Source: an uncultured Lachnospiraceae bacterium (lineage in GTDB: Bacteria; Bacillota; Clostridia; Lachnospirales; Lachnospiraceae). From it: a DNA stretch of 64,000 bases. The DNA lies in NCBI GenBank assembly GCA_964531805.1, contig CAZHGE010000001.1:29205-93204 (forward strand), read 5' to 3'. Both the position numbers and the translations under genes were made by a program. A model generated the notes under the pieces. That model was not told where the DNA came from. It saw nothing but the letters and a program-made list of their open reading frames with translations, and searched no databases. Shown here piece after piece: positions 1-8,950 of the stretch (its first letter is position 1; each line of letters begins with the position of its first letter).

Positions 1-284
1 TGTGTGGTTCTTGGGATTTTAATTAAAATATATGAAATTGCTGTCAGCATAATAACTGCAATGATTACAAATAATACTTTTTGGTTTTGGAGCATACCAA
101 ATGCAGCTCCTCTGTTTTCTAGATAATGCAGTTCAAAGACATTTTCCCATAATACAAATGCTGGTTTGTCCTTTAAATGAGTTACTGCTAAAGATTTTGT
201 AATCTGGTCTAAGATTACAAATACTGCAAAAAACAGAAGGTCTAAAAAAAGAAATAATACTCTTGTTTTATTCGAAGTCTTCAA
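1..284 (-). CDS. lspA: lipoprotein signal peptidase II, N-terminal part (gene runs off the left window edge)
   Basis: My own minus-strand translation from TTG at 284-282 gives MKTSNKTRVLFLFLDLLFFAVFVILDQITKSLAVTHLKDKPAFVLWENVFELHYLENRGAAFGMLQNQK... AAGGAG lies about 10 nt upstream and the start overlaps the aroB stop. The sequence carries the LDQxTK and NxGAAFG signatures of signal peptidase II and is open to position 1. It is absent from the ORF track because it is truncated. Confidence 0.7.
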   Translation of the reverse strand, partial: MKTSNKTRVLFLFLDLLFFAVFVILDQITKSLAVTHLKDKPAFVLWENVFELHYLENRGAAFGMLQNQKVLFVIIAVIMLTAISYILIKIPRTT

Positions 285-1371
285 TGTATAAAATCTCCTT
301 TAATGCGGCACGGATTTCATCGTCTGTTACAGTGTGGTCTATAACAGCCTTACCGATTTTTTTCAGTAATACAAACTTAATTTGATTATTTTCCATTTTT
401 TTATCCGATTTGGTATAAGAAAGAACTTCTTCAATGTCCATATCTTCAATACTGATTGGAAGATTGAATGGAACAAACATATCACGGATTTCATAATATT
501 CTTCCATAGAAAGCATTTGTCTTTTCCAGGAAATATAAGCTGCTGCAATGCATCCCAGTGCTACACATTCTCCATGAAGCATATTGAAATTCTTATATTT
601 TTCAATGGCATGTCCAATGGTATGACCTAAATTAAGCAGTGCACGGTCGCCTTTTTCGCAAGGATCTTTTTCAACAAAGAATTTCTTGATTCCACAACTT
701 CTGGAAACCAGTTCTGCCAATACTTCCGGGTCACGGTCGCAGATTTCATACATGTTTTCAATCTGCCATTCATAAAAGTGGGCATCCTTAATCAGGGCTG
801 ACTTCATAGCTTCTGCGAATCCAGCATAAAACTGTCTTTCATCCAATGTGGTTAAGGTGTTCAGATTCATATAAACCAGTTTTGGCATATTAAATGCACC
901 AACCATATTTTTATACTGTCTGAAATCAACACCGGTTTTACCACCTACACTGCTGTCTACCATGGCAAGTAATGTTGTTGGAATCTGGATAAAATCAATG
1001 CCGCGCAAATAAGTAGCCGCTGCAAAACCTGTCATATCCCCTACAACACCGCCGCCTAATGCAACTAAGAAAGATTTGCGATCAAGTTTATCGTTAATCA
1101 GTTGTTCATATAAATCCTGCACAGTATCTAAGTTTTTACTTTCTTCTCCATTTTTAAAGGTAAAAATAGACACATGATTACCAACTGATTCTAAAATTTC
1201 TTTTACAGTCTGTGCATACAATGGTTCTACTACATTATCTGTTACAATACACGCTTTTTTACCGGTTAATTCTAAACGTTCTAATTCATTTTTTAATGCT
1301 TCAAAATTTTGTTCGTATACAATATCATAATTGGTGCCGTTTTTTACGATCACTTCTAATCTTTCACTCAT
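268..1371 (-). CDS. aroB: 3-dehydroquinate synthase
   Basis: ORF 268..1449. The run GGGVVGDMTGFAAATYLRGIDFIQIPTTLLAMVDSSVGGKTG is typical of DHQ synthase. I moved the start to ATG 1371 (MSERLEV) because GGAGG sits 9 nt upstream at 1381-1385 and the extra 26 codons run into the sepF terminator. Confidence 0.9.
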   Translation of the reverse strand: MSERLEVIVKNGTNYDIVYEQNFEALKNELERLELTGKKACIVTDNVVEPLYAQTVKEILESVGNHVSIFTFKNGEESKNLDTVQDLYEQLINDKLDRKSFLVALGGGVVGDMTGFAAATYLRGIDFIQIPTTLLAMVDSSVGGKTGVDFRQYKNMVGAFNMPKLVYMNLNTLTTLDERQFYAGFAEAMKSALIKDAHFYEWQIENMYEICDRDPEVLAELVSRSCGIKKFFVEKDPCEKGDRALLNLGHTIGHAIEKYKNFNMLHGECVALGCIAAAYISWKRQMLSMEEYYEIRDMFVPFNLPISIEDMDIEEVLSYTKSDKKMENNQIKFVLLKKIGKAVIDHTVTDDEIRAALKEILYIEDFE

Positions 1372-1444
1372 AATTGTAACCCTCCATTTATAATCAAATG
1401 TCTTGCGCAACCTTGCGGGGAGCGTTTTTTTATCATATTTATAA

Positions 1445-1479
1445 TGCAAAAAGCCCTGCGAAGCAAACTCGCAGGGCTT
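1445..1479 (-). terminator. rho-independent terminator after sepF
   Basis: An 11-bp stem AAGCCCTGCGA / TCGCAGGGCTT (1451-1461 / 1469-1479) with a 7-nt loop. On the minus-strand RNA it is followed by UUUUUG. Confidence 0.75.
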
Positions 1480-1489
1480 AACGTTGCAA

Positions 1490-1987
1490 TTAGTTATTTA
1501 AAGATGGAACGTCAAAAGAACCGCTTAATATCTCCTGAAAATCTCCAGAAATGTCTACGCTTGCCGGTGTGATAATAAATATGTAGTGGGAAATCTTCTG
1601 CAAATTACCACTGATTGCGTAACAGGAACCAGATGTAAAGTCAATGATTCGCTGTGCAATATCAACATCAAGCCCTTCCATATTCAATACAACAGTTCGA
1701 TTGGCTAATAATGTTTCTGTTATTTCTCTTGCATCTTCTACAGAATTGGGTTTGATTACGCATACTTCCATACCGGACCCTACGACTTTCTTTGCTCTGA
1801 CAGGTGTTATGTTTCTGACGGTTTGTTTCTTGGGTTCATTAACAGGATCGGCTGCTTTATAGCTTATAGGAGCCTTGTCTTCCATAACATCCTCTTCATC
1901 ATAATATCCGTCATCATCGAACATATTGTCGTCGTCATTTCCTTCTGATATTTTCATTGCACTGATAAATGAGTCCATAAGTCCCAT
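1490..1987 (-). CDS. sepF: cell division protein SepF
   Basis: Acidic, disordered N-terminal half followed by the conserved SepF core VCVIKPNSVEDAREITETLLANRTVVLNMEGLDVDIAQRIIDFTSGSCYAISGNLQKIS. AAGGAG RBS lies upstream and ylmE is adjacent. Confidence 0.9.
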   Translation of the reverse strand: MGLMDSFISAMKISEGNDDDNMFDDDGYYDEEDVMEDKAPISYKAADPVNEPKKQTVRNITPVRAKKVVGSGMEVCVIKPNSVEDAREITETLLANRTVVLNMEGLDVDIAQRIIDFTSGSCYAISGNLQKISHYIFIITPASVDISGDFQEILSGSFDVPSLNN

Positions 1988-2007
1988 AGTATTAACACTC
2001 CTTACTA

Positions 2008-2715
2008 TTATGCCTGTACAGAATAGTCACGTTCTCCAAAAATATTTGTACCGACACGTACTAAATTGGCTCCTTCTTCTATGGCAACCGTATAATCTCC
2101 GGACATACCCATAGACAGAAAATCCATACATACATTATCAATGTTTTTTTGCATTATGTCAACAGATAATTGCTTTAAAGCCTTAAAATATTGGCGGTTA
2201 TCCTCCGCATTTTCTACAAATGGTGGGACTGTCATTAATCCTTTTATAGCAATTCCAGGTAAGGTATGGATGGCATTTATTAATTGTTCACACTCATTAG
2301 GTGTAACACCAAACTTACTATCCTCTCCTGCTATGTTAACTTCAATTAAGATGGGAATGACACGTCCGGCTTTTAGCGCTTGTTTATTAATCTCTAATGC
2401 TAATTTTTCCGATTCTACCGAATGAATCATATGCACTTTATCTGCAATATATTTTACTTTATTTGTCTGCAAATGCCCAATCATGTGCCAGCGGATGTCG
2501 CTTGGTAATTGATCATACTTGTCCATGATCTCCTGCACTTTGTTTTCTCCAAAATCGCGTGCACCTGCATCGTATGCTTCCTGAAGCATTGAAACGGGTT
2601 TGGTTTTGCTAACCGCAATAAGAGTGATATCCCCGGGTGTCCGATTGCAGGAATTTGCGGTTTCTAACACATTATGGAAAATTTCTAAATAGTTTTTACT
2701 GATATATGAACTCAT
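2008..2715 (-). CDS. ylmE: YggS/YlmE-family pyridoxal-phosphate homeostasis protein
   Basis: 235 aa with the alanine-racemase N-terminal-like fold pattern: VSKTKP, FGENKVQE, WHMIGHLQTNKVKY, LMTVPP, LSMGMSGDY. It holds the canonical position upstream of sepF. Confidence 0.9.
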   Translation of the reverse strand: MSSYISKNYLEIFHNVLETANSCNRTPGDITLIAVSKTKPVSMLQEAYDAGARDFGENKVQEIMDKYDQLPSDIRWHMIGHLQTNKVKYIADKVHMIHSVESEKLALEINKQALKAGRVIPILIEVNIAGEDSKFGVTPNECEQLINAIHTLPGIAIKGLMTVPPFVENAEDNRQYFKALKQLSVDIMQKNIDNVCMDFLSMGMSGDYTVAIEEGANLVRVGTNIFGERDYSVQA

Positions 2716-4093
2716 CTTCGTTTACACTTTCTGCGTCCAATACGATATGATCATATGCAATCAGACCATAGTTGGTATTGGATTTGATAATGGAATATTC
2801 TTCATTTTGGTTTAAAATCTGAATTTGTTTAAAGTCAGCATATCCTTTATTGATATTATATACACCAACAAGAGTGCCGGCTTTGGAAACGGTGAAAGTC
2901 TCTGTAGAATCTGTTTTTAATAGTTTATCACCAATGCGCAGGATGGAATCATCCACGTAATATTCATTATTTTCTTCATTGTAGATATTTACTGCAATGA
3001 ATTCAGGAATAACAGAACCATCTTCGTTATAGGTTTCACGAAGAACGCCTAATTCCCCGCTGGCCCCGTTTTTCTCAACAAATTTTGTTGGTATCAGGAA
3101 AAATTCTTTTTCTACGATAGAGGAATTTGGAACCTTAAGTCCGGTTTCTATATCAGTAATCAATTCAATATCTACAAAACGGTCCGTTGCAAAGGTGATC
3201 ATGGAATTGGTAAAGGTTAACTGTACATAAGTTTCATTATCTTTACCTGTAATTACATTTACTTTTCCCCAAGATTCCGTTTGATTCTTTAAAAATTTAA
3301 CCTTTACATACTCTTCTTCTAATAATTCCTGAGCACGTTCATTTTCTAACGGAAAAATCAGACTCCAGTTTTCATTTGTAGAAAGTTTATAGATAGGCTG
3401 TCCATTCTCCACAATATCATTATTAATTAACTGGGTTTTCTCGTAATTTTCTTTTTCAAACCATTCTTCGGTTACATCAGCAGCTTTATAATGTTCAAAA
3501 CCATCTACAGAATAGACTACGATACCAGACTGAGGGGCGGTACAAACATTAATGGAACTTCCAATGGAAGAGCCATATAAATCACTGATATTGTTTAACA
3601 GATTGCTGTTGGCTAGTTTTAATACACTTCCTTGTACATTAAATTTAAAGTCATAAGTGGAGGAAAAACTGGTTTTTTGGAAGGAACCCGAAAAATCAGC
3701 AACTTCATTCCGGATTTCTGCAAGGTCACTTTCACTGAGTAAAATCTCGCTGCCATCTGCACTATTAACCAGTTCTAAAATCTGCCCGGATTCATCTACT
3801 GTGCAAACTAATTTATATGCTCCAGTTCGTTCTCCTTCTTTGGCAAAATAGTTAATATATCCAGAATATGTACTATTTACAACGATTTCATCGCGTAGTG
3901 CAATGGCTTCATAGACATTAGATTCGGATAAAGAACCATTTTTAACCTCATATCCATAAATCTGTTTTTGTGAAAAGAACATATAGACGCAGATTATAAT
4001 ATAGATTAATATTACGGCGAAAAAGATCATTCCAATATTCAGATTAATAGGCTTTTTATAAGCACGAACATTTCCGTTATTCCTTGCTGACAC
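2696..4093 (-). CDS. membrane-anchored protein of unknown function (single N-terminal TM; HlyD-like barrel-sandwich flavour, weak call)
   Basis: ORF 2696..4108. The track start is a TTG whose codons spell the RBS itself (TTGGAGGA), so I place the start at GTG 4093 (VSARNNG), 7 nt after GGAGGA. TM segment IGMIFFAVILIYIIICVYMFF. It overlaps the ylmE start by 20 nt. Confidence 0.6.
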   Translation of the reverse strand: MSARNNGNVRAYKKPINLNIGMIFFAVILIYIIICVYMFFSQKQIYGYEVKNGSLSESNVYEAIALRDEIVVNSTYSGYINYFAKEGERTGAYKLVCTVDESGQILELVNSADGSEILLSESDLAEIRNEVADFSGSFQKTSFSSTYDFKFNVQGSVLKLANSNLLNNISDLYGSSIGSSINVCTAPQSGIVVYSVDGFEHYKAADVTEEWFEKENYEKTQLINNDIVENGQPIYKLSTNENWSLIFPLENERAQELLEEEYVKVKFLKNQTESWGKVNVITGKDNETYVQLTFTNSMITFATDRFVDIELITDIETGLKVPNSSIVEKEFFLIPTKFVEKNGASGELGVLRETYNEDGSVIPEFIAVNIYNEENNEYYVDDSILRIGDKLLKTDSTETFTVSKAGTLVGVYNINKGYADFKQIQILNQNEEYSIIKSNTNYGLIAYDHIVLDAESVNEDEFIYQ

Positions 4094-4116
4094 TAATAAA
4101 TCCTCCAAAGTAATCT

Positions 4117-4149
4117 TAAAGAAAGCCTCGGAGATAAATCCGAGGCTTT
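4117..4149 (-). terminator. rho-independent terminator after the small P-loop gene
   Basis: Stem AAGCCTCGGA / TCCGAGGCTT (4123-4149), followed on the minus-strand RNA by UUUCUUUAAG. Confidence 0.75.
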
Positions 4150-4157
4150 CGAATGAT

Positions 4158-4577
4158 TTAAAGCTCTACTACAATGTTGTTGCGAATCTCTTCGTCTAAT
4201 TCAGAAGCGTCTAATGTAACACTTGCTGTAAACTGTACATTAAATTTGCTGCCAATTACTTCTAATCTTTTCACAACTTCTGTTAATCCGCCTTTTTCTA
4301 ATTTGGCAACTTTTAAAATGGCGTCTATGTATATTTTTTCAATATCATGATCTTGGGAAAGGATACCACAAACAAAGCCAATAAACTCTGAACTGTTTGC
4401 AAACTCATAATCTGCTACATTAACAAGACGAACCTTGTTATTTAATTCAAACATATGCTTATCGTTTCTGTCTAAGAAAACGATGTTACCGGATGCTGTT
4501 TTAATCTCTTCATTTACACGCTCCAGTAACTGTTTTGTCTTTCCTTTTCCTTCTCTACCTACAATTAATTCTACCAT
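4158..4577 (-). CDS. small (139 aa) P-loop NTPase-like protein, function unknown
   Basis: Walker A-like GREGKGKT at residues 7-14 and Walker B-like hhhhD (NIVFLD). GGAGGG RBS lies upstream, and the gene has its own terminator and a candidate promoter. Confidence 0.7.
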   Translation of the reverse strand: MVELIVGREGKGKTKQLLERVNEEIKTASGNIVFLDRNDKHMFELNNKVRLVNVADYEFANSSEFIGFVCGILSQDHDIEKIYIDAILKVAKLEKGGLTEVVKRLEVIGSKFNVQFTASVTLDASELDEEIRNNIVVEL

Positions 4578-4626
4578 GTGTGTACCCTCCTGAAGTATTT
4601 TATGTATATTTAAATACCATACGAAT

Positions 4627-4655
4627 ATTATAGGCTATCATGGGGGAAAAAACAA
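4627..4655 (-). promoter_or_regulatory. candidate sigma-A promoter for the small P-loop gene
   Basis: Minus strand reads TTGTTT (4655-4650), a 17-nt spacer, then TATAAT (4632-4627). The -35 is weak. Confidence 0.35.
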
Positions 4656-5624
4656 CTAATTATTTATCTCTTCTAACAAATCAATCATTTCTTCATATAG
4701 AAGCGTCCGCTGGCTTGCACGGAGAATAACGGAAATATATGGATTTCCTCCCGTGTCTTTTGTTAATAGGATTAAACAGTTGCCTGCGGCATTTGTAGTT
4801 CCGGTTTTTCCGCCGATGACAGTTATTTTATCCGGTGCATTATAATCGCCGTGAAAGAACAAATTTGTAGAACGAAATGACATTTCCTTTTCTGAATCAT
4901 CACTGGCATAATATACAGTCGTATAATCATTCATATGAATAATCTCATTAAATAATTCATACTGCATGGCAGCATTCATGATGAGGTACATATCATATGC
5001 GGTTACATAATGCTCGTTCTCTGTCAGACCATGCGGATTCACAAAATGACTTCCAGTAGCGCCTAGTAAAACAGCTTCTTCATTCATCATAGCGGCAAAT
5101 CCTTCTACACTGCCACCAATATGTTCTGCTATAGCAATTGCGGCATCATTTGCAGAATTAATTAAAAGCGCATGCAAAGCCTGATTTAAAGTGAGCTTAT
5201 CTCCTGCTTTTAGTCCGCATAATGTAGCTCCGGATTCGGTAATCTTCACATTTTCTGAACATATAATCGTATCTTCTGTATTGCCATATTTAATAGCAAC
5301 AAGAGCAGTCATGACCTTAGTCAGGCTGGCAGGATTTAAACGTTCGTGGATATTTTTAGAATATAAAACCTTATTATGGTTTACATCAAAAAGTCCTGCA
5401 GCAGATGTCTCTTCTATAGATACATCGGTTCCTTCCAAATAATCACCACTGATTACACAAAGATCGGATGCAAAGGGATCTGCCATTTGATCTTGTGTCA
5501 ATGCATTCTGTGTTATGGCACGTTCATAAGACAAGGCTAATTTGTCTTTGCCACAACCGCATAAGGACAACACTAATATGGAGTTGATGATAAGATAGGC
5601 ATAACGCTTATTTATACATTTCAC
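4656..5624 (-). CDS. dacB: D-alanyl-D-alanine carboxypeptidase (S11 serine peptidase), lipoprotein-type signal
   Basis: SxxK (SLTKVM), SxN (SANDAA) and KTG (KTGTT) motifs are present. The N-terminus has lipobox-like LSLCGCG. Confidence 0.85.
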   Translation of the reverse strand: MKCINKRYAYLIINSILVLSLCGCGKDKLALSYERAITQNALTQDQMADPFASDLCVISGDYLEGTDVSIEETSAAGLFDVNHNKVLYSKNIHERLNPASLTKVMTALVAIKYGNTEDTIICSENVKITESGATLCGLKAGDKLTLNQALHALLINSANDAAIAIAEHIGGSVEGFAAMMNEEAVLLGATGSHFVNPHGLTENEHYVTAYDMYLIMNAAMQYELFNEIIHMNDYTTVYYASDDSEKEMSFRSTNLFFHGDYNAPDKITVIGGKTGTTNAAGNCLILLTKDTGGNPYISVILRASQRTLLYEEMIDLLEEINN

Positions 5625-6003
5625 GCCACTCTAAATCTCCTCTGTCTAATGACTTGATCAAAAGTTCCGCCGTTGCAAGATTGGTTGCAAGGGGGATGTT
5701 ATGCATGTCGCAAAGTCTTACAATATTGTTAACGTCCGGTTCATGCATTTTGGGACTTAATGGTTCACGAAGGAAAATAACAAGATCGACTTCATTGTGT
5801 TCAATAGAAGCACCAATCTGCTGTTCTCCACCTAAATGACCTGCCAGGTATTTATGGACGGATAAGTTTGTTACTTCTTCAATCAAACGGCCAGTTGTAC
5901 CAGTCGCATATAAGGAATTCTTGCTTAGAATACCACGGTATGCGATGCAGAAGTTCTGCATCAGTTTTTTCTTTGAATCATGTGCGATTAATGCGATGTT
6001 CAT
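5608..6003 (-). CDS. mgsA: methylglyoxal synthase
   Basis: 131 aa: [15 protein letters not shown]...[12 protein letters not shown]...GGEQQIGA...VIFLRDPL-type pattern, typical of MgsA. Confidence 0.9.
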   Translation of the reverse strand: MNIALIAHDSKKKLMQNFCIAYRGILSKNSLYATGTTGRLIEEVTNLSVHKYLAGHLGGEQQIGASIEHNEVDLVIFLREPLSPKMHEPDVNNIVRLCDMHNIPLATNLATAELLIKSLDRGDLEWREMYK

Positions 6004-6028
6004 CTATAATCCTCTTTTCTGGGCAAAA

Positions 6029-7147
6029 CTAGTATTTTTTTTGTTGCAGCCCGATGTTTAATACAATTCCAATAGCAGCATAGAGACAAACCAAAGATGT
6101 AAGTCCATAACTGACAAATGGTAATGGAATACCTGTATTTGGAGCGAGACCTGTTGCCACAGCAATATTTAGAAAAGATTGTAATCCAATCAAACTGCCA
6201 ACACCGGAAGCAATAAGACTTCCTGCAAGATCTTTCGCATTTCTGGCAATCTTAAAGCATTCCCATACAATCAGGAAAACTAAAAGAACAACTGTAAACC
6301 CGCCAATAAATCCTAATTCTTCTCCTATTACTGCAAAGATAAAGTCTGTCTGTGGTTCTGAAATGAAATTGCCGTTTTTAACAGAAGCAATAACATTATT
6401 ATTGAGTCCTTTGCCATATAATTGACCAGAACCAATGGCAATCTTAGAGTTAATCTGCTGATAGGCAGTGGTATCTGCATATTTTTCCGGTTCCAGCCAG
6501 GCAAGAATACGGCCAATCTGATATTGAAAATCTTCTGGAATCAGATCGATACCACCAGGACTTAGAATAATGGTAAAAAAACCAACCAAGACTGGTATTA
6601 TGACCGCCAATACTGCTCCAACAAACTTGAAACTCAGTCCACCTACAAATAGCATAATACAGAAAGTTAATATAATCATGATACTGGTAGAGAGATCGGG
6701 TTCCAAATAAATTAATCCTAAAGGAAATGCTAACAGCAAAATTGCTGTAATCAAAACCTTTGGAGAATTAATTTTATCCTTATATTTCATAATAAACTGT
6801 GAAAAGAATAAAATCAATAAAATTTTGGCAAGTTCGGATGGCTGAAATTGCAGACCGGCAATTACAATCCAGCGGGTCGCACCATTTACATCACGTCCAA
6901 ATGCAAGTACGCTTGCTAACAGAATCAGGTTTGCACCATAAAATACCCAGTACAAAAACAGATAATGGGAGTAATCAATTAATGATAAAATAATCAAAAG
7001 AACGAATCCTATGACGATACCATACATCTGTTTAGATTGAACGGACTCTTTCGCACTTCCAATAGCAAGATATCCAATTAAACTGAGTACTGTTACAAAG
7101 ATTATTAATTTAAAATTATAATTTCGTAATTTATATTGTCTGAACAT
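6029..7147 (-). CDS. rodA: SEDS-family peptidoglycan polymerase (FtsW/RodA/SpoVE); RodA by context
   Basis: About 10 TM segments, with FQPSELAKI and PNTGIPLPFVSYGLTS motifs. It lies in the mre-min cluster. Confidence 0.85.
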   Translation of the reverse strand: MFRQYKLRNYNFKLIIFVTVLSLIGYLAIGSAKESVQSKQMYGIVIGFVLLIILSLIDYSHYLFLYWVFYGANLILLASVLAFGRDVNGATRWIVIAGLQFQPSELAKILLILFFSQFIMKYKDKINSPKVLITAILLLAFPLGLIYLEPDLSTSIMIILTFCIMLFVGGLSFKFVGAVLAVIIPVLVGFFTIILSPGGIDLIPEDFQYQIGRILAWLEPEKYADTTAYQQINSKIAIGSGQLYGKGLNNNVIASVKNGNFISEPQTDFIFAVIGEELGFIGGFTVVLLVFLIVWECFKIARNAKDLAGSLIASGVGSLIGLQSFLNIAVATGLAPNTGIPLPFVSYGLTSLVCLYAAIGIVLNIGLQQKKY

Positions 7148-7150
7148 GTT

Positions 7151-7414
7151 TTATCCATTCTTCATATCCAGTATAGGAATGTTGGCATATAATGTAGGAT
7201 GCTTTACCAGTTTACCCTTAGAAGAAGTGTTACTGATTTCAATTTCCATACTGTTTGTATCAATTTTCATGTATTTTGAAATTACCTTTGCAATATCATT
7301 TTTGATGAGTTCCATCATTTGGGGGGAACAACTCATTCGGTCTGAAATCAAGAGGATTTTCAAACGGTCACGTGCAATCTGTCTGGAGGATTTTCTGCCA
7401 AAAAATCTTAACAT
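7151..7414 (-). CDS. minE: cell division topological specificity factor MinE
   Basis: 87 aa with the N-terminus FFGRKSSRQIARDRLKILLISDR, typical of MinE. It overlaps the minD stop by 7 nt. Confidence 0.9.
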   Translation of the reverse strand: MLRFFGRKSSRQIARDRLKILLISDRMSCSPQMMELIKNDIAKVISKYMKIDTNSMEIEISNTSSKGKLVKHPTLYANIPILDMKNG

Positions 7415-8217
7415 GCGCTCTCCTCCTTCCCTTTATGGAACATACCGGATAATCTTGAAAAAATAGATACCGGTTTTGTGTTTTCCATTGGAATCTGTTT
7501 GCCAAGTACACGATAGCAGATATTTCGATAAGCACGCCCTGCCAAAGTTTGGGAGCCAACCAGGGGTTCACCTCTGTTTGTGGCAATTACAACATTTTCA
7601 TCATCTGGAATGACACCAATCAAAGGAATGGAAAGAATATCCACAACATCTTCTGCTGTCATCATGTCACCACGCTTTACCAGATCATATCGGATTCGGT
7701 TAATAATCAAATCGATTTTGGTAAATTCATTGGCTTCTAATAAACCAACTATACGGTCTGCGTCACGGATTGCTGAAACTTCCGGTGTGGTAACAACAAA
7801 AGCTCTTGTGGCTCCTGCAATGGCATTTTTAAAGCCCTGTTCGATTCCTGCAGGCGAATCTAATAAAATATAATCAAAATCCTTGGAAACCTGCTCGATT
7901 AAACGGCGCATCTGCGACTCGTTGACAGCAGTTTTATCTTTGGTTTGTGCGCAGGGAAGTAAAAACAGATTATTATATCGTTTATCACGGATCAATGCCT
8001 GCTTTAACCGGCAGTTTCCATCAATCACATCAATCAGATTGTACACAATCCTGTTTTCCAGTCCCATGACTACATCTAAATTGCGCAAGCCTATATCAGT
8101 ATCGATTAGTAAAACTTTTGCTCCTGCCTGCGCCAGACCACTTCCTACATTTGCGGTTGTGGTGGTCTTTCCCACACCGCCTTTTCCACTGGTAACGACA
8201 ATTACTTCACACATCAT
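7408..8217 (-). CDS. minD: septum site-determining ATPase MinD
   Basis: Deviant Walker A SGKGGVGKTT and a ParA/MinD family pattern throughout. Confidence 0.95.
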   Translation of the reverse strand: MMCEVIVVTSGKGGVGKTTTTANVGSGLAQAGAKVLLIDTDIGLRNLDVVMGLENRIVYNLIDVIDGNCRLKQALIRDKRYNNLFLLPCAQTKDKTAVNESQMRRLIEQVSKDFDYILLDSPAGIEQGFKNAIAGATRAFVVTTPEVSAIRDADRIVGLLEANEFTKIDLIINRIRYDLVKRGDMMTAEDVVDILSIPLIGVIPDDENVVIATNRGEPLVGSQTLAGRAYRNICYRVLGKQIPMENTKPVSIFSRLSGMFHKGKEESAC

Positions 8218-8258
8218 TATAACTCCTTTTGAATGAATTATCGTTTACTGGAAAAGTA

Positions 8259-8936
8259 CTATGATAAAGAATAATTTTCCAGCAATTCTTTTGTAATATT
8301 TTCCAGCTGTATCTTATTATTCTCTATGTAAGCAATCTGCGGTACAAATTTATTTTTATTTGAGAATAAGCCTTTCTCTTTTGGTTTACTGTAACGAAAG
8401 TCTCCAATCCTGCATTTTTCCGGATCGAATTTCAGGGCACATACAAAATGGTTTTCTCCACCGGCAATACCTGCATGTACTTCGCCCAAAAGGGAACCAA
8501 TGATAATTACATCTTTTGATGCAATCACGCTGGCACCTTTTTCTACGTTTCCAATGACCACGACACTGCCTTCGGTTTCCAAACTTTGTCCAGCGTTTAA
8601 AGAACCACGGTGAAATCTTCCATTATATTCTTCTTTTTCTGCTTCTACGCGTTTCAAAGCCTTGATAATACCTTTGCCCGATTCTTCGTTTTTTCCAATC
8701 AAACAGATAATCTGCACATCAGAATGTTCCGTAATTGTCTGGATGATTTGTTTTTCTTCTTCCGTACTCAGGATTCTGCCTTCTAAAGATAAGGCAACCT
8801 TGATATCCTTGAAAAAGGCTCTGGCATTTGTGAATTTGTCTGCAATTTCAGAAAGAACATCTGGAAAAGAAGCATCTGCATCCATATGGATGGAAATTCC
8901 ATTCTGAAAACTTTTCATAACGACATATTGATTCAT
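8259..8936 (-). CDS. minC: septum site-determining protein MinC
   Basis: The C-terminal beta-helix repeats (GSVVVIGNV..GASVIASKDVIIIGSLLGEVHAG) are typical of MinC. The track start at 8945 is a GTG touching the RBS, so I use ATG 8936 (MNQYVV), 8 nt after GGAGAG. Confidence 0.85.
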   Translation of the reverse strand: MNQYVVMKSFQNGISIHMDADASFPDVLSEIADKFTNARAFFKDIKVALSLEGRILSTEEEKQIIQTITEHSDVQIICLIGKNEESGKGIIKALKRVEAEKEEYNGRFHRGSLNAGQSLETEGSVVVIGNVEKGASVIASKDVIIIGSLLGEVHAGIAGGENHFVCALKFDPEKCRIGDFRYSKPKEKGLFSNKNKFVPQIAYIENNKIQLENITKELLENYSLS

Positions 8937-8950
8937 AAAGTGCACTCTCC

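Noticed and set aside
1372-1449. ORF-track N-terminal extension of aroB (MHYKYDKKTLPARLRKTFDYKWRVTI)
   Set aside because: The extension reads through the RBS and reaches the upstream terminator. The internal ATG at 1371 has a proper GGAGG.
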